From contig JAPLYL010000008.1 in assembly GCA_026395595.1 (NCBI GenBank), positions 1-54,416 on the forward strand: a stretch of 54,416 nt of DNA. The letters run 5' to 3'. A program made the translations under genes and the position numbers. This document shows, piece after piece, positions 24,588-32,943 of this stretch (positions are counted from its first letter, which is position 1; each line of letters opens with the position of its first letter). This DNA is from Candidatus Parcubacteria bacterium. Its GTDB lineage: Bacteria; Patescibacteriota; Minisyncoccia; Phycocordibacterales; CAIJYI01. The notes below the pieces were generated by a model. The model searched no databases, was not told the origin of the DNA, and saw only the letters and a list, made by a program, of their open reading frames with translations.

Positions 24588-25925
24588 ATGAATCCAAAAA
24601 TTTTTAAAGCCTATGATATTCGCGGGATATACCCCGACGAATTAAACGGGAAGACAGCCTACGCTATCGGCAGAGCAATAGCACAATACCTTGAAGCGAA
24701 AAATATCGTCGTAGGCCGAGACGCAAGACCTTCTTCTCCGGAACTTTTTGCGGAATTATGCCGAGGAATAACAGAAGGAGGTTCCAATGTTCTGGACCTC
24801 GGGCTGGCCACAACGCCGATGGTGTATTTTGCATCGCATGAGTCAGGCATTGAAGGAAGCGTTTCTTTGACAGCATCTCATAATCCGCCAAATTGGAACG
24901 GGATGAAAATTACCAAAAAAGATGCCGTGCCGGTCGGCGGCAACTCGGGACTCAAGGAAATACAGGAAATTGCAACCAAAGGAGAGTTCAAGAGGTTGCC
25001 GATGCACGGCGGGGTTATCGCCAGTCCTATGCAAGATCGGTACGCAAAAAAGCTCGGTTCCTTCTGGTCGCTCGGCGATAAAAAATATAAAGCGGTTATT
25101 GATGCGGGTAATGCTATGGGGGTTTTGGAACTCCCAATATACGACCTCGTAGCGAACAATGTTTCTGTCACAAAGCTATACTGCGATCTTGAGCATGCCT
25201 TTGACTGTCACGAAGCAAATCCTCTCAAAACGGAAACGTTAGACGAGCTTCGCAAAAAAGTTTCAGAGGAACATTCCGATCTCGGTATTGCGTATGATGG
25301 AGATGCAGACCGCGTCGGTTTTGTAGATGAAACGGGTTCTATCGTGCCGATGGATTTAATAACGGCCATTCTCTCCGCTCCGGTCTTGGAAAGATATCCG
25401 AAAGCAACCATTCTCTATGACCTGCGTTCTTCTCTGAGCGTTAAAGAAGAAATTGAAAAAAATGGAGGAAAAGCGGTGGAGTGCATGGTAGGGCATGCGA
25501 ACATCAAAAAACAGATGAGAGAAGAGGGAGCAGTAATGGCAGGCGAACTTTCCGGGCATTATTATTTCCGGGAAAATTCCAACGCCGAAGCCAGTACTCT
25601 CGCCGTAATCTTTCTCATAAACAGAATGGCGGAGACCGGAAAAAAACTTTCCGAACTCGTCGCTGACGTAAAAAAGTATTATCATTCGGGAGAAATAAAC
25701 AGCACAGTAGCCGATCCGCAAAAAATTATGGAAACGCTGAAAGAAAAATACAAGGACGGAACATTAAGCGAACTGGACGGAATAAAAATTTCCTATCCCG
25801 ACTGGTGGCTCAATGTGAGGTCTTCCAATACGGAGCCATTATTGAGACTAAATCTGGAAGCAAAAACAAAAGAAATGATGGAAGTAAAAAAAGATGAATT
25901 ATTAAAAATAATTACCGCTTCTTAA
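24588..25925 (+). CDS. Phosphomannomutase/phosphoglucomutase
   Basis: TASHNP phosphoserine loop, DGDADR metal loop, GELSGH sugar loop. Confidence 0.95.
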   Translation: MNPKIFKAYDIRGIYPDELNGKTAYAIGRAIAQYLEAKNIVVGRDARPSSPELFAELCRGITEGGSNVLDLGLATTPMVYFASHESGIEGSVSLTASHNPPNWNGMKITKKDAVPVGGNSGLKEIQEIATKGEFKRLPMHGGVIASPMQDRYAKKLGSFWSLGDKKYKAVIDAGNAMGVLELPIYDLVANNVSVTKLYCDLEHAFDCHEANPLKTETLDELRKKVSEEHSDLGIAYDGDADRVGFVDETGSIVPMDLITAILSAPVLERYPKATILYDLRSSLSVKEEIEKNGGKAVECMVGHANIKKQMREEGAVMAGELSGHYYFRENSNAEASTLAVIFLINRMAETGKKLSELVADVKKYYHSGEINSTVADPQKIMETLKEKYKDGTLSELDGIKISYPDWWLNVRSSNTEPLLRLNLEAKTKEMMEVKKDELLKIITAS

Positions 25926-25936
25926 TATCAGAACTT

Positions 25937-26863
25937 ATGAGTATTTTCAACGCCGTTCTCATTATTCTCGGCCTTGCCCTCTTTGAAGGCATAAGCAGTT
26001 TTGATAATGCCATAATAAATGCCGATGTCTTACAGACCGTCGGCAAGCAAGCGCGAAGATGGTTTCTGACATGGGGGCTTTTCTTCGGAGTCTTCGTTGT
26101 CCGCGGCGTTTTACCGTGGCTCATTCTTTGGCTTGCGACGCCGGGCGTCGGACCTGCCGATACATTCTTAGCAATGTTCCAAAGCAACCCGAATGCAAAG
26201 GAAGCTATTGAACATGCCGCTCCGATACTTCTTTCCGGCGGAGGAATTTTCCTTCTCTTCCTTTTTCTCCACTGGCTTTTTGTTGAACCGAAAAATTACG
26301 GCCTCCCCGGAGAAAAATTCTTTCACGCGAACGGAATATGGTTTTATGCAGTGGTCTCCCTCATTCTTTCCGGTCTTGTCTGGTTCGCGATTAAAATTGA
26401 CTCCATGATGGCCTTCGGCGCCGTTATCGGCTCCTCCGCTTTTTTCATTACTCACGGATTCAAACAGCAGGCGGAAAAAGGAGAAGAAGAACTCTTAAAG
26501 AAAAAAGGTTCGCTCTCCGATATCAGCAAGATTGTTTATCTTGAGGTCATTGATGCGACCTTCTCCATAGACGGCGTTTTGGGAGCATTCGCCTTTACGT
26601 TCTCTGTCCCCCTCATTCTTCTCGGTAACGGTTTCGGCGCTCTTATCGTCCGATACTTCACCGTGAACAATATAGAGAATGTTAAAAAATATATCTATCT
26701 CAAAAACGGCGCAATGTATTCCGTACTCTTTCTCGGACTCATTATGATCAGCGAAGCGTTCGGCATCAAAGCCCCGATTTGGCTCGCCCCGCTCACTACC
26801 TTCGGCTCCATCGGCTGGTTCTTTTTGAAATCCAAGAAGGCGCTGCTTTCTTCCCTCTCTTAA
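25937..26863 (+). CDS. Integral membrane protein, DUF475/TerC-like
   Basis: Polytopic. The N-terminal EGISSFDNAIINA motif recalls DUF475/TerC-type proteins. Confidence 0.6.
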   Translation: MSIFNAVLIILGLALFEGISSFDNAIINADVLQTVGKQARRWFLTWGLFFGVFVVRGVLPWLILWLATPGVGPADTFLAMFQSNPNAKEAIEHAAPILLSGGGIFLLFLFLHWLFVEPKNYGLPGEKFFHANGIWFYAVVSLILSGLVWFAIKIDSMMAFGAVIGSSAFFITHGFKQQAEKGEEELLKKKGSLSDISKIVYLEVIDATFSIDGVLGAFAFTFSVPLILLGNGFGALIVRYFTVNNIENVKKYIYLKNGAMYSVLFLGLIMISEAFGIKAPIWLAPLTTFGSIGWFFLKSKKALLSSLS

Positions 26864-27206
26864 AATAAACTTCCCGACATGTATCGGGAAGTTTATTAGT
26901 TGCTTTTTTCACAACCAAACCAAAAACGGTAAACACTACAATAGACAACAGTGTTATTCCAAAATAGACAGTCCACGTCAGTTTTGCATTTATGCCATGA
27001 TAGAGTCCGTAAAAAGGATCATTAAGAATGTAGTGTAAAAGCGAACAGGAGTAATGATAGGCATCTTTGGATAATCTGTCCCCGCAAGTTCCAGAATATC
27101 CTTTTATCAATTGAAACAGGTCGCTTAAAAATAACGCAAGGAACAAAACGATTCCACAGACGAGCCCTTTCTGCCAGTGATCAAGATGGAGAAAAAATAT
27201 TTTCAT
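26796..27206 (-). CDS. Small membrane protein, hypothetical
   Basis: Starts 10 nt after the L,D-transpeptidase gene stop. Two TM segments. The 3' end reads through the convergent terminator, so the C-terminus is uncertain. Confidence 0.45.
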   Translation of the reverse strand: MKIFFLHLDHWQKGLVCGIVLFLALFLSDLFQLIKGYSGTCGDRLSKDAYHYSCSLLHYILNDPFYGLYHGINAKLTWTVYFGITLLSIVVFTVFGLVVKKATNKLPDTCREVYFKRGKKAAPSWISKRTSRWSRR

Positions 27207-27216
27207 TGATATAAGG

Positions 27217-28569
27217 TTAACGATAAGAATTTTGCAGGTATTCCCTTATTTTTAAAACATTCTCTTGAGAATTTGTTCCATTCCCAAGAAAAATAAAAAC
27301 AGGGCGAATTTCGCTTGCTGTATGAATTTCAAAGACACCGAAAAAACTTTCAGTTCCGTCGGCATTTGTTATCGCTTTACCTCCGACAAAAAACGGTTCC
27401 TTGGCAAAAAGATTTTGATTTTCAATATCGCTCCACTTTGATTTTGCATAAGCGCCATTAGTTCTTTTTCCGGCGCTTATTTCAAAAATGAACTTTCTAT
27501 TATGGTACAGATATTTTGAAAGATAAAAAAGATCTTCCGGAGTGGTATAAGAAGAGGGTTCGTTGAATGAAAAGGAGGTATTCTTCATCCCCAGAGAAAG
27601 GGCTTTGTCCTTCATAAAAGAAACGAATCTTTTCTTGGAAAGATAATTGGCAAAAATGCGCATGGGGGCATCGTTTGACTGGAGAAGAAAAAGATGGAGG
27701 AGATCAAACGGAGTTGTTTCTGTCTCTGAAAGCAAACGAGTATCAGAAACGCCAAAAAGAATATTTTGATCGAGTCGTATGTTTTTTTCTATATTGATAT
27801 AATCCGTCGCGACCAAAGAGCCGAGTACTTCAGAAAAAGAAGAAAAAGGAATCCGGTCAGTTTGTCCTTTTTCTAAAAAGACGAAATTATTTTTTATGTC
27901 GGCTGCCAGATATTTTTGAGTGGAAATATCGGGAACACGCGTCTGATAAACAAAACTATCGGGAGTAAATTCTTCTTTAAAAACCAGCACGGGCATCCCG
28001 ACTTTTACCATATCAAAAACGGTTTGGGCGCTTTCATCGGAAAGACGGATACATCCGCCAGAATAGGTTGAAGAGACAGGAGTTCCGTCTTCATAATACG
28101 GCCAGCCGTGAATAAAAAAGTTCCCTTGAAAAGCCATACTCCACGGCTGATACACATGACCAAATGTGGAAAAATGATTTTTCTCTTTGCTGGCGATCTT
28201 GTATATTCCCGCCGGTGTTTCCCACCATGAACCCTCCTTCCCTTTGGTAAGAATGGGAAATTCGACGCTTAAATTTCCCTCTTTGTATACGAAAAGTTTC
28301 ATTAAAGAAAGATCGGCTTCAACAAAATTTGCTTTTTGACTGATAAAGTCATTTTTAACTTTTCTGAAAAAATCAGGATTGGAAAGAGCTGGTTGTTCTC
28401 CGTAAGAAAAAGCCGGTGCCGTCTTCTTTTCATTCGGAGGCAAAGACAAGGAATAATTAAGAACCGTCGGGCGAACAAGAGAAAAAACAAAAAGCATCCC
28501 GATCCCCATGCCAAAGACAAGGAGAATTACCACCCAAAATGGCAAAGGAAAAAAGATGATTTTCTTCAT
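27217..28569 (-). CDS. L,D-transpeptidase (YkuD) fused to a degenerate D-Ala-D-Ala carboxypeptidase (S11/PBP5-like) domain
   Basis: The YkuD core is FIHGWPY...SGGCIRL. The C-terminal half aligns by eye with the S11 pattern (LLQSNDA..FVSFMKDKALSLGMKNTSF..TTPEDL), but SxxK is SFSE and KTG is KAI. Confidence 0.8.
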   Translation of the reverse strand: MKKIIFFPLPFWVVILLVFGMGIGMLFVFSLVRPTVLNYSLSLPPNEKKTAPAFSYGEQPALSNPDFFRKVKNDFISQKANFVEADLSLMKLFVYKEGNLSVEFPILTKGKEGSWWETPAGIYKIASKEKNHFSTFGHVYQPWSMAFQGNFFIHGWPYYEDGTPVSSTYSGGCIRLSDESAQTVFDMVKVGMPVLVFKEEFTPDSFVYQTRVPDISTQKYLAADIKNNFVFLEKGQTDRIPFSSFSEVLGSLVATDYINIEKNIRLDQNILFGVSDTRLLSETETTPFDLLHLFLLQSNDAPMRIFANYLSKKRFVSFMKDKALSLGMKNTSFSFNEPSSYTTPEDLFYLSKYLYHNRKFIFEISAGKRTNGAYAKSKWSDIENQNLFAKEPFFVGGKAITNADGTESFFGVFEIHTASEIRPVFIFLGNGTNSQENVLKIREYLQNSYR

Positions 28570-28575
28570 AAGAAC

Positions 28576-28604
28576 ATAATACCATGAAGAAATAAAAAGC
28601 TAAA
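28576..28604 (-). promoter_or_regulatory. Promoter, leaderless type (TTTAGC-17-TGGTATTAT-6-ATG) for the L,D-transpeptidase gene
   Basis: ATG at 28569. Confidence 0.45.
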
Positions 28605-28624
28605 TAATAACCCGCTCATCATTA

Positions 28625-28653
28625 ATGACGCAAATATAGTATTTTGCTATACT
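28625..28653 (+). promoter_or_regulatory. Promoter, leaderless type (ATGACG-17-TGCTATACT-7-ATG)
   Basis: ATG at 28661. Confidence 0.55.
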
Positions 28654-28660
28654 ATAACCC

Positions 28661-29368
28661 ATGGAAAATCAACCAATGAAACCAAAAATTTTAGAGGAAA
28701 AAAACGAGGAAGAATTACGCAGAAATGAACACGAAAAAAATATCCAACGGAGAAAAGACGAGGGGATATTGGGAAAAGTTTCTCGTGAGATCAAAGAAGT
28801 ATTTTTGAGCGACGAAAACTATATTGGAGAAAGGGATATGTCTTTATTCAAAGGCGCAGGATATGACAACAATGAAATCAGCTGGATCTCTCAAGTAAAA
28901 CATTCATCAAACGAAGAAACTCAAGATGGTTTAAACGCCTATGACCTTATCCGTATTCAAGCAATGATGGCGCGCGATTTTGAAGGTGCTCGTAAACGAC
29001 AAGCCGACGACCTTGGAGAAATTAGTGAAAAAACGGAACAAGCAATAGAGGAAGCGCTCGAGAAAATCATGAAATATTATGATTATATCCATATTCGGCC
29101 AGATGAAAAAACGTCCGAAATGCCTAGGTACACGGGGCAACTTCATTCTCTTATAACCAAAACGAGACAAGCAACTTCAGCAAAAGAAAAAGCTTCACTT
29201 TTTACCAGATGGCTTGGCCTTATACACTCCGGAGGTAACAGAGAAGTACTTTCTCTTTTTGGTGGATATCCAGAAAGTAAAGACGCTCGAGATTTTCAAG
29301 AAAGAATGAGAGACCAACAAAAGTTTTTAGATAAACTAAATCAGCTCGGAAAGAATTCTAAAATTTAG
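28661..29368 (+). CDS. Hypothetical charged protein (235 aa)
   Basis: TGCTATACT -10 box 7 nt upstream of the ATG. Terminator downstream. No family recognised. Confidence 0.6.
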   Translation: MENQPMKPKILEEKNEEELRRNEHEKNIQRRKDEGILGKVSREIKEVFLSDENYIGERDMSLFKGAGYDNNEISWISQVKHSSNEETQDGLNAYDLIRIQAMMARDFEGARKRQADDLGEISEKTEQAIEEALEKIMKYYDYIHIRPDEKTSEMPRYTGQLHSLITKTRQATSAKEKASLFTRWLGLIHSGGNREVLSLFGGYPESKDARDFQERMRDQQKFLDKLNQLGKNSKI

Positions 29369-29446
29369 CGGTTCACCCCCCCAAAAAAAACTTCTGTAAA
29401 CGACAACTTTCAAATAAAAATCCGCCCTACTGGGCGGATTTTGTTG

Positions 29447-29519
29447 TGGGCGATAAGGGATTTGAACCCCTGACCTTCGCAGTGTAAATGCGCTGCTCTA
29501 CCAACTGAGCTAATCGCCC
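29447..29519 (-). tRNA. tRNA-Val (TAC)
   Basis: GGGCGAT acceptor, GCTC-AGTTGGTA-GAGC D arm, anticodon loop TTTACAC, T arm AGGGG-TTCAAAT-CCCTT. Confidence 0.9.
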
Positions 29520-29604
29520 GAGTACTCATGTAATATAACAAAAATTAAAAAAATATCAATTCGTCCGTCGTCCCTTTTTCCTTTTTCCTTTCTTCTCTCG
29601 CTAG

Positions 29605-29676
29605 TCCCCCCGGTAGGAATCGAACCTACATCTAAAGCTTAGAAGGCTTTCGTTCTATCCGTTGAACTACAGGAGG
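29605..29676 (-). tRNA. tRNA-Arg (TCT)
   Basis: Acceptor CCTCCTG/CGGGGGG (2 G-U pairs), D arm GTTC-AACGGATA-GAAC, anticodon arm AAAGC-CTTCTAA-GCTTT, T arm GTAGG-TTCGATT-CCTAC. Confidence 0.85.
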
Positions 29677-29711
29677 ATCTCTTTTTCTATAATCAACACT
29701 ACGTATCACAA

Positions 29712-29740
29712 AGAATATCCATTTTTCTTGAAAAAGTCAA
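29712..29740 (-). promoter_or_regulatory. Promoter TTGACT-17-TATTCT for the tRNA-Arg/tRNA-Val unit
   Basis: Lies ~35 nt upstream of the tRNA-Arg 5' end. Confidence 0.55.
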
Positions 29741-29742
29741 TT

Positions 29743-30141
29743 TTATTGAGCAAAAAGGGCTTGTATTTGTTTGCTGGCGGGAAGCGTTGTTTTGGGTACT
29801 GAACGGTCAGTATTCCCCGTGGAGGGATCTATAATTTTAGAACGGTCGTTGGTTACCAAATCGGAACGTTCTTTTCTTTCCGAGAAATCGGTCATAACAA
29901 AAGAAAGGCCGTTTCTATTAACCGATAAATTTTCGTCTTTTTGAAGATCTTGGGAACCGGAAAAAAAACTTTCCGCGCTCATATCCAAATACAAAGAAAA
30001 GTGAAAAAAAACAACAGAGAGAGTAAGTGCCGTTCCAACCAAAAGAACGATTACCCAGTCACGCCAAATATGAGGATACCATTTATGAGTATCCTGTTCC
30101 ATATATTTCGCAAAATTAAAAAGTGAGAAAAAGTTTTTCAT
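29743..30141 (-). CDS. Membrane protein, last gene of the pilMNO operon (PilP-position)
   Basis: ATG 30141 lies 2 nt after the pilO-like stop. One TM segment followed by a polar tail. Confidence 0.5.
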   Translation of the reverse strand: MKNFFSLFNFAKYMEQDTHKWYPHIWRDWVIVLLVGTALTLSVVFFHFSLYLDMSAESFFSGSQDLQKDENLSVNRNGLSFVMTDFSERKERSDLVTNDRSKIIDPSTGNTDRSVPKTTLPASKQIQALFAQ

Positions 30142-30143
30142 TT

Positions 30144-30674
30144 TTATGGCATAAGGTAACTGTCCAAAACGATAGTAAACGAAGCCCTCCACGAAGAAGG
30201 TAATTCGTTACTTGGCGGATTGGCAAGAAGGTTGACTTTTCTTATCGTGACACGATAAGGCATTTCTTCGACAAGAGAAAAGAGCCGATAGATATTTTCA
30301 AACCCGCCGGACGCCGTAAATTCCAAAAGAAAAGGCTCCCCTTTCTTTTTCGGACTCGCAACAGACGTAACCTGAACATCAGCGAGAGATTGTTTTCCAA
30401 GGCTTTCAATTTGTTCAATAAAAGTCAGCGTTTGAGATGGAGTTATCAAATGCTCGTTTAAAAGAGCTCTCTGCTTTTCCGTATCAGAGAGGGAACTCTC
30501 CAATCTTTTCAGCGTCTCCGCATCGGAAGTTTGTTGGTAAAAAGAAGCATAAATTTCTTGTGTTTGTGTGTTCCTCCAGTGGGTCGCAAAAAACAATCCG
30601 AGGTATAAAAAGAAAAGAATTGCATCAACAATGATAAAGAGGATTATGGTTTTTTTTATTTTTCCGTTATTCAT
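30144..30674 (-). CDS. pilO: PilO-like type IV pilus assembly protein
   Basis: N-terminal TM plus coiled coil plus a ferredoxin-like C-terminal part. Positioned after pilM and pilN. Confidence 0.6.
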   Translation of the reverse strand: MNNGKIKKTIILFIIVDAILFFLYLGLFFATHWRNTQTQEIYASFYQQTSDAETLKRLESSLSDTEKQRALLNEHLITPSQTLTFIEQIESLGKQSLADVQVTSVASPKKKGEPFLLEFTASGGFENIYRLFSLVEEMPYRVTIRKVNLLANPPSNELPSSWRASFTIVLDSYLMP

Positions 30675-30678
30675 GATA

Positions 30679-31251
30679 TTAAGGCGAGGTAACGGCGATA
30701 TTTAAAGTGTAGGATAAATTCGTACTGCTTATCAAGTTTGAGAGGGGGAGATCTACGGAAGAAAAATCTTTTTTCTTGTTCAAAGCATCAACAAAAGAAA
30801 GAAGTTCTGCACGATTATCCGCTCTTCCTTGGACAAGGATACTCGGAGATGCGGTTTTTTTTCCTTTCGGAGGACGAATCCCCGCATTGCGGTCAAAAGA
30901 AAAATTGGTTATATACACTCCTCCCGGACGGCTTTCAACGATCTCTCTGAAGAGAGAGAGGACGCTCTCTGTGGAGGTTGAATTTTTAAGAAGAAGCGCG
31001 ATCTTTGTATTCGCCTCCTTCGCGTTTCTTTTCATTTCCAAAACTTGAGATTGTTTGGTTATAACTTCCTTCGTTTGAGACTCGGCGAGAACCTTCTGGT
31101 ATTGCAAACGAGAGAGAAAGAATGAAGGTAAAAAAGAGGAAATGGCGACGATCAGAATAATAAAAATTACGGGAAGCCACACGGACAAAACTAAGAGATG
31201 ATACTCTTTTCTGATTCTTTGCTTTTCGTTTTCAGGGAGAAGGTTAATCAT
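30679..31251 (-). CDS. pilN: PilN-like type IV pilus assembly protein
   Basis: The MINLLPENEKQRIRKE N-terminus (INLLP motif) is followed by a TM segment. Confidence 0.8.
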   Translation of the reverse strand: MINLLPENEKQRIRKEYHLLVLSVWLPVIFIILIVAISSFLPSFFLSRLQYQKVLAESQTKEVITKQSQVLEMKRNAKEANTKIALLLKNSTSTESVLSLFREIVESRPGGVYITNFSFDRNAGIRPPKGKKTASPSILVQGRADNRAELLSFVDALNKKKDFSSVDLPLSNLISSTNLSYTLNIAVTSP

Positions 31252-31259
31252 AAAATGGT

Positions 31260-32339
31260 TTATTTTTTTGAGTAGAGAGAAAGTCCTATGGCAGTAGAAT
31301 AAAGAAGTGAATCTTGAAACGAAATTTTTGGAATTTCCTTTTCAAAAGAAAAGACGTTCCTCCAGACATTCGCCATTTCCGTAGGAACATTAAGAGCTTC
31401 GGAAAAGCACTCAGGCAAACCAAAAAGCGAAGACCCTGACCCGCAAAGAATAATACTATTTATCGGTTCTTTTTTTATTCCGCTTTTATCTCGGTGCGTT
31501 TGCCAATAGATGAAGTGTTTATTAACCTCTTCTTTTAATTCTGTTATAACAGCGGAAAAAATTTTAAAAACCTCTTCGGAGGGTTCTTTGTCGGAACGAA
31601 GACTCCGCATCATCTCGTCCGCCTCGTCATGAGTAATGTTCAGTTCTTTTTTGAGAGCGGAGATAATCTCTTTTTCTCCAATATCTATATCGGAGGTGAA
31701 ACATACTACTCCTTGACTTACGACATACACACCGGTCTTTATCCTTCCCAAATCAAGAATCATGGAAGTCTCCATGCTTCCGCTCGGAATCACCGCACGA
31801 GCCAGAGCGTTTGAATCAGTTTCCAAAGAGAGGAGACTGATTCCCACTTCGGCAAAAACATTCGCATAAAAAGCGATTACGTCTTTCGGCGCAGCCAAAA
31901 CAACAACGGAAGTGTCCCCCTGTGCATTTCCCTCTTTCACGACACTATAATCAAACACCGCATCAGCAACCTTGATAGGTATATGTTCTTCCAGTTGAAG
32001 CTCTATACTCTCGTACATTTCGCTCTTTTTAACAGCTGATATTTCCATTTCGGAAAGATACGCGAGAGATTCCGGCAATGATAAGTGAATGAATTCAATA
32101 TCATGTTCTTTTTTGAAACGAAGCAATATCTCTTTGAGCGCTCCGGGATTTTTTATCTGCCCGAGAGAAATGGTTCCTTCCGGCAACGAGTATTCTCCAA
32201 AATCCGCCAATTCAAAATCTCCGTTTTTTGCAGCAAGTTTAACAAACCGCAGAGATACCTCTGAGAGATCTACCCCAACTCCTTCCACGTTCAAACAACG
32301 CGGAACGGGGAAACTTTTAAAAAGAATTTCCAATGACAT
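31260..32339 (-). CDS. pilM: PilM-like type IV pilus assembly ATPase-fold protein
   Basis: Actin-like fold pattern (GVDLSEVSLRFVKL..., ILDLGRIKTGV..., ILCGSGS). 359 aa, directly upstream of pilN. Confidence 0.85.
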   Translation of the reverse strand: MSLEILFKSFPVPRCLNVEGVGVDLSEVSLRFVKLAAKNGDFELADFGEYSLPEGTISLGQIKNPGALKEILLRFKKEHDIEFIHLSLPESLAYLSEMEISAVKKSEMYESIELQLEEHIPIKVADAVFDYSVVKEGNAQGDTSVVVLAAPKDVIAFYANVFAEVGISLLSLETDSNALARAVIPSGSMETSMILDLGRIKTGVYVVSQGVVCFTSDIDIGEKEIISALKKELNITHDEADEMMRSLRSDKEPSEEVFKIFSAVITELKEEVNKHFIYWQTHRDKSGIKKEPINSIILCGSGSSLFGLPECFSEALNVPTEMANVWRNVFSFEKEIPKISFQDSLLYSTAIGLSLYSKK

Positions 32340-32480
32340 AACTTACTCTTCCATTATACAGAATTTATGCCGTGAAGGAAAACGAGATGTACACAGTGAG
32401 AGCAAAAAGCAATAAGAAAAAAGCAAAAAAGGACGACGACCGTCGTTCCTTTTTTCTTTTTGCTTGTTGCTTGTTGCTTT

Positions 32481-32810
32481 TTACTTTATCGTCTCTCCTG
32501 CAGGTATATCATTATTTGTCTCAAGCAATGAAAACTTCCCGTCCTCGGTACTAACGGCAAGGATCATACCGTTACTTTCCAAACCTCTAATGATTCTCGG
32601 TTCAAGATTTGTTGCAAAAGCGCATTTTTTTCCTACGAGAACAGAGATATCAGGAAAATACAGGGCTATGCCGGATACAATTTGACGCGGTGTTTCTTCT
32701 CCAAACCCGACGGAAAGTTTAAGCAATTTATCCGCGTTTTCCACTTTCTCTGCGGAAAGTATTTCCCCGATCTTTATTTCCACTTTTTTAAAATCATCTA
32801 TGTTTATCAT
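32481..32810 (-). CDS. csaA: tRNA-binding domain protein (CsaA/EMAP-like)
   Basis: DFKKVEIKIGEILSAEKVENADKLLKLSVGFGEE..RQIVSGI is the typical OB-fold tRNA-binding domain. Confidence 0.85.
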   Translation of the reverse strand: MINIDDFKKVEIKIGEILSAEKVENADKLLKLSVGFGEETPRQIVSGIALYFPDISVLVGKKCAFATNLEPRIIRGLESNGMILAVSTEDGKFSLLETNNDIPAGETIK

Positions 32811-32816
32811 ACAAAT

Positions 32817-32845
32817 AGAATAAAGAAAAAAACAAAAAGAATCAA
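32817..32845 (-). promoter_or_regulatory. Promoter, leaderless type (TTGATT-17-TATTCT-6-ATG) for csaA
   Basis: ATG at 32810. Confidence 0.5.
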
Positions 32846-32943
32846 CAAGAAAAACGACATGTTGACAAACATGACTGTTTCGTTCTACTGTATGTACAGC
32901 ATTTCATTGAAATTTCGTTTAAAAAAAATACGGGGGATTATCC

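Noticed and set aside
32455-32480. TTGCTTGTTGCTTGTTGCTTTTT short repeat downstream of csaA
   Set aside because: It is only about 2.5 copies of a 7-nt unit within the T-rich tail of a terminator region, which is too short to be meaningful.
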